From the NCBI GenBank assembly GCA_034669905.1, contig JAXMOL010000064.1:1-40504 (forward strand): DNA of 40,504 nt, written 5' to 3'. A model generated the notes under the pieces. That model saw only the letters and a list, made by a program, of their open reading frames with translations. It was not told the origin of the DNA and did not search any database. Every line of letters starts with the position of its first letter. Positions within the stretch are counted from its first letter, which is position 1. Source of the stretch: Candidatus Hydrogenedentota bacterium. Lineage in GTDB: Bacteria; Hydrogenedentota; Hydrogenedentia; Hydrogenedentales; JAEUWI01. The position numbers and the translations under genes are program-made. Shown here piece after piece: positions 9,003 through 19,227 of the stretch.

Positions 9003-9321
9003 GATAGGGCGTCTCCGGCTGCATTTTTCAGGTTCCCATAATGCCAGCCTGCACGGTGCGACGCAACCAGAGGACGGTCTCGTGCCGCGCGATCTTCGGC
9101 ATACGAGTCTAAGCGAGTTTGGTGAAGTTCGTGCGCGTGGAGCATACGCATTGTCGAGACATTCCAAAGAATGCCCGGAATGAGCGTCCGATTGCTCACT
9201 GCAGGCCACTCACGGACTGGGATGAGTCCGGCGCACGAACCGGAGTACCGGATCGCGCGGCACGGCGGGAAGTTCTCGTTTCATAGTGGACCCGATTTAA
9301 TGCGATTGTCGTGAGACCGTC

Positions 9322-9810
9322 TCACCCCTCGAGGGGCTTCTGCCAATACCCGATATCGATCCAACGGCCGAATTTGAAGCCCACGCCCGGGAAATGAGCC
9401 ACTTTCGTGTAGCCCATCTTTTCATGGAGCGCCACGCTGGCCTCGTTGGGCAGGGCAATACACCCGATGGCAATCTGGATTCCCACGGCGGGAAGTCGCT
9501 CGAGTAGCGCCTCGTACAGCGCGGTGCCCACGCCCTGCCCTTCGACGCCCCTCCGAAGGTAGATACAGGTTTCCGCGCAATAGCGATAGGCATTCCGCTC
9601 TTTCCAACGGGTGGCGTAGGCATAGCCCAGCAGTTCCCCATTGCGCTCTGCCAGCAGCCAGGGATAGTCGGAAAGCACACCCGCCATACGCGCAGACATC
9701 GCCGCGTCGCTGAGGGGCTCTTCCTCAAAGCTGATATCCGAATCGATAATGTACGGATTATAGAGGGCAGCCACGGCCGGCCCATCCTGTGGGGTCCCAT
9801 CTCTAATCAT
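9322..9810 (-). CDS. GNAT N-acetyltransferase, phosphinothricin/methionine-sulfoximine acetyltransferase (Pat/YncA) family
   Basis: YNPYI..ISFEEEP, GYAYA.RWKERNAY, GQGVGTALY, ALPNEASVALHEKMG, GFKFGRWID. Start at MIRDG (9810). Confidence 0.9.
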   Translation of the reverse strand: MIRDGTPQDGPAVAALYNPYIIDSDISFEEEPLSDAAMSARMAGVLSDYPWLLAERNGELLGYAYATRWKERNAYRYCAETCIYLRRGVEGQGVGTALYEALLERLPAVGIQIAIGCIALPNEASVALHEKMGYTKVAHFPGVGFKFGRWIDIGYWQKPLEG

Positions 9811-10444
9811 GGCAATATCATAGCGAAAGGGCACGCGGAGCCGGTAGCAGCCACTCAGGGAGGGTGGTGGTGAAAAAAAGGCCCGTCGGCCGGCCATCCC
9901 CAGGCTCCAGGGGGTGCCACCCTCAAACGGAGGAGCAAAGCGGGGGAAGTTTGTGGGTGAAGGAACCTCAACCATACTAATTCGACCCAATACAATTTCA
10001 GGATATCCTTCAACCTGACGCCCCCTAAGAAATCGCCTCGCCCGTCTCTCGAGTTGTTTCACGCCCCCCAAAAAGGCGGTCGCAGACTTGTCGGGGTGGA
10101 CTCTGAAAAGTCACCGTTGAAAACGTGATATCGTTTGGCCCTCTCAGGTCTCTGTTGGGGGGAACTCCGCCTCCATAAAGTCCTATCACCCACAAGCGGC
10201 GCGGCCTCGAGCACGCGCCATACTCCCCTATCCCCGATTCCCCGTAACAGTGCGCCGGGCCGCGGGTAGATCTAACACGACCCTACCCAACGTCTGACCA
10301 TCCCATGCCCCCCCGCCACCGGGGCTATCCCGTTATCTGCCGGGGATTTGTGCTGGTCGCAGGGAACCTTTAGAATAGATAGGGGATATACCCAAAAAGA
10401 CTCTATCTCACCGTTTTTACCCGTCACCTGAAGGGATATTTTTC

Positions 10445-13400
10445 ATGGGACCCTCCGTAGTACTTCGCACCGCATTACGCAGAACGAGTCGTTCCGCGTG
10501 GATGATACTTCCCCTTGCAGCCGCGCTCCTGGCGCCTGCCGCCCAGACACAGACCCCCACCTTTGATTTTGGCGATGGCCGCCATGGCTCCTTTACCGTG
10601 CCCAGTGGCACCACGACCATTCAGGATTTGTGGTCCCAGGTCCGCCTGGGCAGCGATGCCACGGCCTATAATCCCGCCAACGAAGCCCAGGTGCCCGCGC
10701 TGGAAAACCTGACCTTATCGGCGGGGAGCGTGCTCACCGTGAGCGGCTTCGCCGGCAACCCCATCGGCGCGGTGGATCCCACGGAAGGCGGTGTATTGCG
10801 CCTGAAGGTCCGGGGCACCTTGACCATCCCCGCCGGAGCGACCATCAGTGCGGTCGGCCGCGGCTATCGGGGCGGTACCCTGGAAGGGGCGGAACCCGGA
10901 CGCATCGGGCAGCAGGGCGATTCCTGGGGCAGCGGTGGTGGCATCGGTAACGAAGCCAACCGCGGTGGCGGCGGCGGCGGATTCGGCGAAGTTAGTGATG
11001 CGAACAACCCCGGCGGCGGCGGCGGTGGCGGACACCGGGAAGTGGGCAGTCGCGGCACGACGGGCTCCGGCGCGGACACCAGCGGTTTTGGTGGCGCGGC
11101 CTTTGATACGGTCGCTACGTCCCTCGGACAAACCTTTCGGGATACCTACCCCTTTCCGCGCTTTGGTAGCGGCGGTGGCCGGGGGGGCCAGGTCGACAAT
11201 TTTGTAAATATAAATGCCCTGGGCGGCAATGGCGGTGGTGTGATCATCATCGAAGCCGCCCATATCGTCAATGAAGGCGCTATCCTCGCCGACGGTGCCG
11301 AAGGCGGGTCGGACCTCTCCGGTGGTGGTGGTGGTGCCGGCGGCAGCATCTGGATTCAAAGTCTTTCGTCCGAAAACGGCACGGTATCCGTTGCCGGTGG
11401 TGCGGGCGGTGTGGGCACGGTGCTCGGCAATGACGGGGGCGCAGGAGGGGCCGGTATTCTCCTCTGGGACGCACGCTTCACCCTGAGCACAGAGACCGAG
11501 GGCATGGGCGCGGTGACCCTTTCTCCGGCCGGCGGCACCTATAACCTGGATACGGAAGTTACCCTGACCGCCACCCCGGAAGCGGGCTGGGCCTTTGACC
11601 ACTGGGAAGGGGACCTCACGGGCACCACCAACCCGGATTCTGTTTTCATGTCCACCAACCGCTCGGTGACGGCTGTCTTTGTGGAACTGCCCTCCCTCGC
11701 CGTAACCCCCACGACCGCGGAAGTTGGTCCCGCCGGGGGCGAGTTGACCTTCAATGTGGCCGTGACCAACAACACGGGCGATGTGAACTGGACTACCGAC
11801 GTCAGCACGGGCAGCGAGTTTATCGGTCTCAGCGCCGGTGCCTCGGGCACCAATGACGGCACGATTACCGTCTCCGTTTCGGAAAGCACGGTGGCCGAGA
11901 GCCGCACCGCGACCCTGGTCGTATCCTCCCCCGACGTGGGCAGCGATCCGGTCACGCTGACCATTACCCAATCCCCGGCGGTGCCTTCGCTGCAAGTAAC
12001 GCCCGCCACGACCACCGCCAGTGCCCTGGGTGAAGAACTGGTCGTTCAGGTGCGCAATTCGGGCACCGGCACCTTTGACTGGTCGGCCGCCGTATTGGCC
12101 GGGACCAGCTTTGCCACCATCAGCTCGGGTAATACGGGCACGGACAATGGCACCTTCGTGGTCAGTTTCGCAGAGAACACGACCGTGTTGCAGCGGACCG
12201 CCACCATTTCGGTAACGGCGCCCGGCGTGGCCAATTCGCCCGTCGAAATTCAGATTGTCCAGCAGGCGGGCGTGCCCCTCCTTCAGGTAACACCCTCCAG
12301 CCAGCTTCGCGGCTCGGCGGCGGGCAATGCGTCGCTCAACGTCACCAACGGTGGCAACGGCACCTTGAACTGGACGGCCGCAGTGGTCGAGGGCGGCTCC
12401 TTTGCCGCGATCAGTGACGGCACGAGTGGCACCAACTCGGGCCTCGTAACCATTGCCTTTACGCGCAACTCCGGCTCGGAAAGCCGCACGGCGGTTATTC
12501 GCGTGGAATCGGGCGACGCCAGCAACAGCCCGATAGACGTGACCATCACCCAGACCGCCCAGGAGTCGGTCTTGTCGGTGACGCCCGAAACGCAAAGCAC
12601 GGGTTCCTCCGCCGGCACGGTGAGCTTCCAGGTTCAGAACCTGGGCACCGGCGAAATGAACTGGACCGCTTCGGTAACGAGTGGCGCCAATTTTATCGCC
12701 ATCACCGATGGGGTCGTGGGCTCCAACACGGGCACCATTGCCGTTGCTGTGAGTGAAAACACCGGCACCACGGAGCGCACGGGCACCATCCAAATCCAGG
12801 CACCCGGCGCGGCCAACAGCCCCCTGGAAGTTACGATCATTCAATCCCCGCGCACCCCCGTGTTGCGGGTGGTCCCGGCGGAGCAGACCACGGGCTCGGC
12901 CGGGGGTGCGGTAAGCATCACCATCGAGAACGGCGGCTCGGGCGCGCTTAATTGGACCGCGTCCTTCGTCACCGGTGCCGACTTTCTGACTTTCACGGCA
13001 GATTCCAACGGCACGGGCGACGGCACGCTCCAACTGACCGTTGCTGCCAATGACACCGAGGAAATTCGCTCGGGCGTCGTTCGTATCGAAGCCCCCGGCG
13101 CTGAGGGTAGCCCTCAGATGGCAACCATCACCCAGTTGGGCTGTAAGATCCTGACCCAGCCCGTTAACCTGTCCGCCAGCGATGGCACTTTCTCGGACTC
13201 AGTGGAACTCATCTGGAGCGCCACGCCCGGTGCCACGGAATACGAAGTCTTCCGGAGTTCCGGTGCCAATCCCAACAGTATCGAGTTGCTGGGGACTACC
13301 ACCGAACCACGCTACTCCGATACCCTCGCGGCATCCCCGGACTACGAGCTGGTAAACCGGGGCTGCCTCAATCCCGGTGAGTTCATCATCACCAATGTCA

Positions 13401-14281
13401 TCTACTTCTACTACGTCAAGGCCATCAACTCCTGTGGTGCGAGCGAACTAAGCGAAACCACCTCGGGCTATCGGGGCCTCCCCGCGGCTGATGCTGAAAC
13501 GCTGGTCGCCAAGTATGCGGCGCAAGTGCTGCCGAATGCACCGACGGCGGACGGCAGCTATCTCGTCAGCGGAGAGGGCACGGTGGCCCTCCGTCTCTCG
13601 GATGCCGCCGGCGTGGACCCCACGAGTCTCTGGGTGGAACTGTCGGGCGAAGCCCTGGCCGCCGATGCGGTCGCGTGGATTCCTGCCGCTTCCGATGATA
13701 CGGATGGCTGGGTACGGGTCTACATCGCCGATCACGTCCCATCCGAAACCAACTTCACGGTCACGGCAGGCGGCATGACGCTGGACGGCGTGGCCCTGAG
13801 CCCCGTCTCCGCCACCTTCTACAACGGTGCCGTAGAGAAAGGCCTGGCCGAAGTGGTGGCGACCCCCCACCTCCTCGAAAATGCCGACGACGGACTCTTC
13901 CTGGAAGGGCTGGGAATGGTACATACCATCGCGCCGGACACGGTCTATGAGGAGGCTCAGTTGGTCTGGATTCCCGTTCCGGAAGCGGTAAACGCCGAAG
14001 ACCTCACGGTCTACTACTACGGTGAAGACGGCGACCAGAGCGCCTGGTATCCCGCCGATCACGTCATCGGTTGGCTCGCCGATCCCACGCTGGAAATCAG
14101 CGAAGACGGCACCGCCATCGGCATCTGGATTAACCACGGTGGCACGGTTCGCCTCGGTCTCCTTCCGCAGACCGAAGCATCGTCTGCCGCCATCGCCCCG
14201 AGTGATTGGGGCACGGTCGTCGCCCTCCTGCTGACGGGAATCATTCTCCTCAGCGCAGGACGTCGCCGCCGCACGGCATAA
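10445..14281 (+). CDS. Large cell-surface protein: signal peptide, Gly-rich domain, InlB-B/Flg_new-like repeat, 5 BACON-like repeats, FN3, C-terminal TM anchor
   Basis: Multiple GGGGG runs. VTLTATPEAGWAFDHWEGDLTG. Five ~96-aa LxVTP..W[T/S][T/A]..R..[T/Q]IxQ repeats. FN3-like PVNLSASDGT..YEVFRS..YYVKA. Hydrophobic tail plus RRRR. Confidence 0.85.
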   Translation: MGPSVVLRTALRRTSRSAWMILPLAAALLAPAAQTQTPTFDFGDGRHGSFTVPSGTTTIQDLWSQVRLGSDATAYNPANEAQVPALENLTLSAGSVLTVSGFAGNPIGAVDPTEGGVLRLKVRGTLTIPAGATISAVGRGYRGGTLEGAEPGRIGQQGDSWGSGGGIGNEANRGGGGGGFGEVSDANNPGGGGGGGHREVGSRGTTGSGADTSGFGGAAFDTVATSLGQTFRDTYPFPRFGSGGGRGGQVDNFVNINALGGNGGGVIIIEAAHIVNEGAILADGAEGGSDLSGGGGGAGGSIWIQSLSSENGTVSVAGGAGGVGTVLGNDGGAGGAGILLWDARFTLSTETEGMGAVTLSPAGGTYNLDTEVTLTATPEAGWAFDHWEGDLTGTTNPDSVFMSTNRSVTAVFVELPSLAVTPTTAEVGPAGGELTFNVAVTNNTGDVNWTTDVSTGSEFIGLSAGASGTNDGTITVSVSESTVAESRTATLVVSSPDVGSDPVTLTITQSPAVPSLQVTPATTTASALGEELVVQVRNSGTGTFDWSAAVLAGTSFATISSGNTGTDNGTFVVSFAENTTVLQRTATISVTAPGVANSPVEIQIVQQAGVPLLQVTPSSQLRGSAAGNASLNVTNGGNGTLNWTAAVVEGGSFAAISDGTSGTNSGLVTIAFTRNSGSESRTAVIRVESGDASNSPIDVTITQTAQESVLSVTPETQSTGSSAGTVSFQVQNLGTGEMNWTASVTSGANFIAITDGVVGSNTGTIAVAVSENTGTTERTGTIQIQAPGAANSPLEVTIIQSPRTPVLRVVPAEQTTGSAGGAVSITIENGGSGALNWTASFVTGADFLTFTADSNGTGDGTLQLTVAANDTEEIRSGVVRIEAPGAEGSPQMATITQLGCKILTQPVNLSASDGTFSDSVELIWSATPGATEYEVFRSSGANPNSIELLGTTTEPRYSDTLAASPDYELVNRGCLNPGEFIITNVIYFYYVKAINSCGASELSETTSGYRGLPAADAETLVAKYAAQVLPNAPTADGSYLVSGEGTVALRLSDAAGVDPTSLWVELSGEALAADAVAWIPAASDDTDGWVRVYIADHVPSETNFTVTAGGMTLDGVALSPVSATFYNGAVEKGLAEVVATPHLLENADDGLFLEGLGMVHTIAPDTVYEEAQLVWIPVPEAVNAEDLTVYYYGEDGDQSAWYPADHVIGWLADPTLEISEDGTAIGIWINHGGTVRLGLLPQTEASSAAIAPSDWGTVVALLLTGIILLSAGRRRRTA

Positions 14282-14303
14282 GGACACAACAACCCCATAC
14301 ACC

Positions 14304-14344
14304 ACGCCATGGCTGATACCACATCGGCCATGGCGTTTTTATTT
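14304..14344 (+). terminator. Intrinsic terminator
   Basis: ACGCCATGGCTGAT / ATCGGCCATGGCGT stem followed by TTTTATTT. Confidence 0.75.
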
Positions 14345-14359
14345 GGGGACTGCACCGAC
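14345..14359 (+). repeat. Solo REP-like motif GGGGACTGCACCGAC
   Basis: Identical to copies at 19243, 23207 and 31885. Confidence 0.8.
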
Positions 14360-14537
14360 GTGGAAAGCGAGGCGGCAGCAAAAAGAACCCGTCGACCCCG
14401 CAATCAGGAAAACGCGGGTGTGCCACGTCTGCGGCAGGAAAGAACGTTCTGAGTCCGTTTCCGTGCCACGGGGAAATGTCGGGTTCCGGTGGCATAAAGT
14501 CTTGGAGGTTGCATCGAATTTTGTGAGAGTTGAAAGT

Positions 14538-15521
14538 CTACGTGGCAGATTCATTATCGCCTTGTTCGCCACCAAGACGGCACCCCCGATTATCCACCCG
14601 ACCGACGTGGCGCTCATTGCGGGCGGCGGCCAATTGGGACTGGCGGTGGCGCTCTTCAAGGCGGGCCTTTTTTTCTGGCGTCAGTTCACCGATGCAACGG
14701 GAACAACTGACCCCTTCCTGATAGTCGGGCGACTCCAGATCTGCCGGACTCAGGGGCATGCGGCACCCCCGGCACAGGGAATGGGTCCCTGGCGCGAGGC
14801 CATGGCCCACGGCCACGCGCTCATCAAAGACAAAGCACTCGCCCTGCCACCGGCTCTCGGCTTCCGGCACCTCTTCCAGGTATTTCAGAATACCGCCCTT
14901 GAGGTGGAATACTTCTTCAAAGCCCTCGGCCAACATGAGGGCAGACGCCTTTTCACAGCGGATTCCCCCCGTGCAGAACATGGCCACCTTTTTCTGCTTG
15001 CCCGGGTCCATTTCCTTTTTCACAAAGTCCGGAAACTCCCGAAAGGTCCGGGTATCCGGATCAACGGCTCCTTCGAAGGTCCCTACCGCCACCTCATAAT
15101 CATTACGGGTATCCACCACGACCACTTCTGGATCGGCCAGGAGTTCGTTCCACTCCCGGGGGGAGACATAGGTCCCCACCTGCTCGTTGGGGTCGATGCC
15201 AGGGACCCCCAGGGTCACGATCTCCTTTTTTAACCGCACCTTGAGCCGGTAAAAAGGCTGTTCGTCATAATAGGACTCTTTGTGTTCCAATTTGGCAAGG
15301 CGCTCATCCTGCCGGAGCCACGCGAACACGGTATCAATCCCCGCCCGCGAGCCGGCGATGGTCCCGTTGATGCCCTCCGAAGCGAGCAGCAGGGTCCCCT
15401 TAACCCCTTGAGCCTCTGCAAGTTGCGTTAGGGGCGCCTGCAGTCCGGCAAAGTCGGGAAGGGGGGCAAAATGGTAGAGCGCGGCCACGACGATGGGGCC
15501 CTGATGTATTTCCTGGGTCAT
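14538..15521 (-). CDS. trhO: Rhodanese-related tRNA uridine(34) hydroxylase TrhO (YceA/UPF0176)
   Basis: [54 protein letters not shown]. Confidence 0.92.
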   Translation of the reverse strand: MTQEIHQGPIVVAALYHFAPLPDFAGLQAPLTQLAEAQGVKGTLLLASEGINGTIAGSRAGIDTVFAWLRQDERLAKLEHKESYYDEQPFYRLKVRLKKEIVTLGVPGIDPNEQVGTYVSPREWNELLADPEVVVVDTRNDYEVAVGTFEGAVDPDTRTFREFPDFVKKEMDPGKQKKVAMFCTGGIRCEKASALMLAEGFEEVFHLKGGILKYLEEVPEAESRWQGECFVFDERVAVGHGLAPGTHSLCRGCRMPLSPADLESPDYQEGVSCSRCIGELTPEKKARLEERHRQSQLAAARNERHVGRVDNRGCRLGGEQGDNESAT

Positions 15522-15820
15522 AGTTAGATTCCATAATATGCTGAGCGGTATGTCCCCATTATCGCATGGGAAAGTACAACTTGTCCCGTCTTGGTCCGGT
15601 GCGGAATAGGCGCGGGCCCGGCGGGGTTACCTATATACCGGCCGAAGGCTGAAAAAGAGCACTGGTCAACGTAGCGCACTTCTCGTATACTGGAGCCACG
15701 GCGCGGTGAACTATTTCCACCGAATCCCTCCCGGTATCCTGGATGCCTTCTGGTATTCTGGTCAGCGCCTTGGGTCGGTCGGATGGGAATCAGCCAGCGA
15801 AGAAAGGAGCAATCATAACG

Positions 15821-16294
15821 ATGGAAAAGGCGATGTTTGGTGCGGGATGCTTCTGGGGCGTTGAGGCCACCTTTCGGCAAGTGCCGGGGGTGCAGGATGT
15901 GGCAGTCGGCTATGCCGGCGGTCACATGGACAACCCCTCCTATGAAGATGTATGTACCGGAAAGACCGGCCATGCGGAAGTGATTGAAGTAACCTTTGAC
16001 CCGGAAGCCGTCTCCTACGAGACGTTGCTCGGGGTCTTCTGGAAGTGCCACGACCCCACGACCCTGAATCGACAGGGCCCGGATATCGGAACCCAGTACC
16101 GAAGCGCCGTTTTTTACTATGGGGATGCCCAGCGCAAAATCGCAGAACAATCGAAAAACGCGATGGAAGACTCCGGTGCCTTCCGACGTCCCATCACCAC
16201 GGAGATTAGCGCCGCCACGACCTTCTATCGCGGTGAAGAATATCACCAGCGCTACCTGGAAAAGCGCGGACTGGCCCATTGTCACGTGGGATAA
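15821..16294 (+). CDS. msrA: Peptide-methionine (S)-S-oxide reductase
   Basis: GAGCFWGVE, TGHAE, NRQGPDIGTQYRS, EEYHQRY. AAGGAG RBS before ATG 15821. Confidence 0.95.
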   Translation: MEKAMFGAGCFWGVEATFRQVPGVQDVAVGYAGGHMDNPSYEDVCTGKTGHAEVIEVTFDPEAVSYETLLGVFWKCHDPTTLNRQGPDIGTQYRSAVFYYGDAQRKIAEQSKNAMEDSGAFRRPITTEISAATTFYRGEEYHQRYLEKRGLAHCHVG

Positions 16295-16309
16295 CAGACC
16301 AGAAATTAC

Positions 16310-16344
16310 AACGCCCGGCGACACGATGCGCCGGGCGTTTTTTT
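16310..16344 (+). terminator. Intrinsic terminator between convergent msrA and ferredoxin
   Basis: AACGCCCGGCG / CGCCGGGCGTT stem followed by a T-run. Confidence 0.8.
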
Positions 16345-16346
16345 GC

Positions 16347-16601
16347 TTACCAGGTGGCGACGACGTCGCCTTTGTCGATACGGGCCTGACAGGCCAACCG
16401 CTCGTTGTCTTTCAGTCCCATGTCTTCTTCCAGTTCATTGCGGGGCATGAGATTTTCCATGCCGGCCTCTATGCTAATGACGCACGTGCCGCAGCTGCCA
16501 GCCTGGCAGCCGAAGGGCACGCCCAATTCGTCACAGGCCGCCTGAATCGGCGCGCCGGCATCCAGATCGCGGGATTGTCCATCAATGGTAATGGTGGGCA
16601 T
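16347..16601 (-). CDS. [2Fe-2S] ferredoxin
   Basis: GCQAGSCGTC ... RLACQ cluster motif, 84 aa. Confidence 0.9.
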   Translation of the reverse strand: MPTITIDGQSRDLDAGAPIQAACDELGVPFGCQAGSCGTCVISIEAGMENLMPRNELEEDMGLKDNERLACQARIDKGDVVATW

Positions 16602-16925
16602 AACATCACTCTTTTCTTCAACAAGTTAGCGGGGGGCGGCGAAGAGCGCCCGGCACACCCCGGACCACAGCAAACGCCCACACGCGGGCGAAGGCCCCCT
16701 ATTGTACCATCGGACTCGGGGCAGTCTTCCACCAACCCCGCAATTTCCGCACGTCCCGGTGAATTTGTACCCTGCGCGGATTTCCGCTATCATGGTTTGC
16801 TCGTGCAGACTTGGGGACGCGCTGTCCCACCGGACTCTGTAGCCTTCCCGCGCTGCCGACACCAACCACCAGGCTACTTGCAGCATCAGCGGCCCCGTAT
16901 CAGGGACGTGTCAGGAGATCTACGC

Positions 16926-18230
16926 ATGCAAAACAAATCCAACAAGAACGACTCCCGTCGTGACTTCATTCGCAACAGCTCAGCTGCGGTTGCGGCTGCG
17001 GCCACGTTCCATGTGGCGTCGGCTAAAGCGGCCGCCGCGGGCGACAGCAAAGACGAAGTATTGAAAGTCGGTCTCATTGGCTGCGGTGGTCGGGGTACCG
17101 GTGCTATCCGCCAGGCCATCATGGCCGACCCCAACGCCAAACTGGTCGCCATGGGCGATGCCTTTGCTGATCGCCTTGAAGGCAGCCTGGCCAAGCTGAC
17201 GGCCCAGGGCAGCGGCATCGAAGATCGCGTCATGGTCGACGACGATCACAAGTTCACCGGCTTCGACGCCTACCAGGGTGTTATCGATGCCTGTGACGTG
17301 GTCGTGTTGGCTTCGCCCCCGGCCTTCCGCCCCAAACACCTCAAGGCCGCCATCGAAGGAGACTGCCACGTTTTCTGCGAAAAGCCGATCGCCGTCGATC
17401 CCGTCGGTGTCCGCTCCGTGCGGGAAACCAGCAAGCTCGCCGCCAAGAAGGGCCTCTCCCTCGTTTCCGGCCTCTGCTACCGCTACCAGTTCTCCAAGCA
17501 GGACACGGTCAAGCGCCTGCAGGACGGTGCCGTGGGCAAAATCCTCACCATGCAGACCACCTACAACACGGGTGCCCTGTGGTTCCATGAGCGCCAGCCC
17601 GAATGGAGCGACATGGAATATCAGGTGCGGAACTGGCTCTATCACGACTGGCTTTCCGGTGACCACATCAACGAACAGCACATCCACAGCCTGGACAAAA
17701 TCGGCTGGGTCATGGGCAACGTCTACCCCGTAAAGGCCACCTCCAGCGGCGGCCGCGTGGTGCGTACCGACGAAAAGTTCGGCAACATCTATGACCACTT
17801 CAACACGGTCTACGAATGGGCCGATGGCACCAAGTGCTTCAGCAGCTGCCGCCAATGGGCCAGCACCAGCACGGACGTGTCCGACTGGATCTACGGTACC
17901 GAAGGCGTGGGCGAACTTCAGTCCCACACCATCGACTCCAAGAAAGGCGGCAAGTGGCAGCACAAGCCCGCCGGCAAAGACGACATGTATCAGAACGAGC
18001 ATAACGCGCTCTTCGCCAGCATCCGCAAGGGTGAAGCCATTAACAACGGCCAATACATGTGCGACAGCACGCTCATGGCCATCATGGGCCGTCTCTCGGC
18101 CTACACCGGCAAGACGCTGACCTGGGATGACATGCTCAATTCCCAGCTCGACCTCTCCCCCGACAAGCTCGAGTGGGGCGACATTGCCGTACGCCCCATC
18201 GCCCGCCCGGGTGAGACCGAATTCGCCTGA
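16926..18230 (+). CDS. Tat-exported Gfo/Idh/MocA family oxidoreductase
   Basis: SRRDFI signal, VGLIGCGGRG, HVFCEKP, EQHIHSLD. AGGAGA RBS before ATG 16926. Confidence 0.92.
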   Translation: MQNKSNKNDSRRDFIRNSSAAVAAAATFHVASAKAAAAGDSKDEVLKVGLIGCGGRGTGAIRQAIMADPNAKLVAMGDAFADRLEGSLAKLTAQGSGIEDRVMVDDDHKFTGFDAYQGVIDACDVVVLASPPAFRPKHLKAAIEGDCHVFCEKPIAVDPVGVRSVRETSKLAAKKGLSLVSGLCYRYQFSKQDTVKRLQDGAVGKILTMQTTYNTGALWFHERQPEWSDMEYQVRNWLYHDWLSGDHINEQHIHSLDKIGWVMGNVYPVKATSSGGRVVRTDEKFGNIYDHFNTVYEWADGTKCFSSCRQWASTSTDVSDWIYGTEGVGELQSHTIDSKKGGKWQHKPAGKDDMYQNEHNALFASIRKGEAINNGQYMCDSTLMAIMGRLSAYTGKTLTWDDMLNSQLDLSPDKLEWGDIAVRPIARPGETEFA

Positions 18231-18259
18231 GTAAAGGCCCCCTAGTCTGACTACACAAC

Positions 18260-18292
18260 CGTCCCCGGAACCTTGGCTCCGGGGGCGTTTTT
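18260..18292 (+). terminator. Hairpin with T-tail (terminator or attenuating stem)
   Basis: CGTCCCCGGA / TCCGGGGGCG followed by TTTTT. Confidence 0.55.
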
Positions 18293-18324
18293 GTTACGCT
18301 GATTTTAACCCGAAAGGAATACAC

Positions 18325-19185
18325 ATGAGCGCCCATTTTTCGCGCCGCGATTTCATAAAGACCACCGGGGCCGTCGTGGCCGGAGCCACCCTGCTGAACG
18401 CCGCGCCCGCGCAGGCCGGTGAATTCACCGGAAAGATCAAGAAAGCCGTCAAGCTCAACATGGTCAAGGGCGATGATATGAGCACCCTCGACAAATTCAA
18501 GCTCGTCAAAGAACTGGGCTTCGACGGTATTGAGCCTTCGGTCGGCGAAAAGATTGCCCCCGAAGAATTGAAGGCGGCCAGCGAAGAGAGCGGCCTGCCC
18601 ATCCACGGTGTCGTCAATGGTTCGGTGAACAATATCCAGGACGCCGTCGATCGCGCCCTCCTTTATGGCAGTAACTCCGTGTTACTCGTGGCGGGTCGGG
18701 TCGGTGACAACAAGTCCTACGCGGACAACTACAAAGAAACGCAGCTGCTCATCCGCCGGGCCATTCCCTATGCGGAAGAAAAGAAAATTCTGCTCCTCGT
18801 GGAAAATGTCTGGAACAACTTCCTGCTGAGCCCCCTGGAGATGGCCCGCTATCTCGACGAAATCGACAGCCCCATGGTGGGTGCCTATTTTGATATCGGT
18901 AATGTGGTCCGCTTTGGCTGGCCGGAGCACTGGATTCCTGTCCTTGGCAAACACATCAAAAAACTGGATGTAAAAGAGTACAGCCGGGACAAGCAGAATA
19001 ATGAAGGCCTCTGGAAGGGCTTCAATGTCGACATCGGCGACGGCTCCATCAATTGGGCGGCCGTGCGGAACGAATTGAAGGCCATCAACTACAGCGGTTG
19101 GGCCACGGCGGAAGTCGGTGCCGGCGGCCGTGAGCACCTGGCCGATGTGGCCAAGCGCATGGATACGGTCTTGGACCTGGTGTAA
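18325..19185 (+). CDS. Tat-exported sugar phosphate isomerase/epimerase (xylose isomerase-like TIM barrel)
   Basis: SRRDFIK signal, GFDGIE, ENVWNNFL, YFDIGN, KLDVKE, WATAEV. Confidence 0.9.
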   Translation: MSAHFSRRDFIKTTGAVVAGATLLNAAPAQAGEFTGKIKKAVKLNMVKGDDMSTLDKFKLVKELGFDGIEPSVGEKIAPEELKAASEESGLPIHGVVNGSVNNIQDAVDRALLYGSNSVLLVAGRVGDNKSYADNYKETQLLIRRAIPYAEEKKILLLVENVWNNFLLSPLEMARYLDEIDSPMVGAYFDIGNVVRFGWPEHWIPVLGKHIKKLDVKEYSRDKQNNEGLWKGFNVDIGDGSINWAAVRNELKAINYSGWATAEVGAGGREHLADVAKRMDTVLDLV

Positions 19186-19227
19186 GGGGGCGGTACAGGC
19201 CAGCGGGCCGCTGGCGCTCCATAGGCC

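Noticed and set aside
10095..10155. Glycine riboswitch (GACTCTGAAAAG..CACCG..CTCTCAGGT resemblance)
   Set aside because: Lacks the CCGAAG core and closing helices, and the downstream gene is unrelated. An Infernal/Rfam search would settle it.
10715..13033. 772-aa antisense ORF and other long shadow ORFs (23327..24871, 26794..27897, 32441..33601, 37489..38655, 38887..40224)
   Set aside because: They lie antisense to clearly recognisable genes in high-GC DNA and show no protein motifs.
16119..16925. N-terminal extension making a 703-aa oxidoreductase
   Set aside because: Overlaps msrA, a terminator and the ferredoxin. The RBS and Tat signal mark the true start at 16926.
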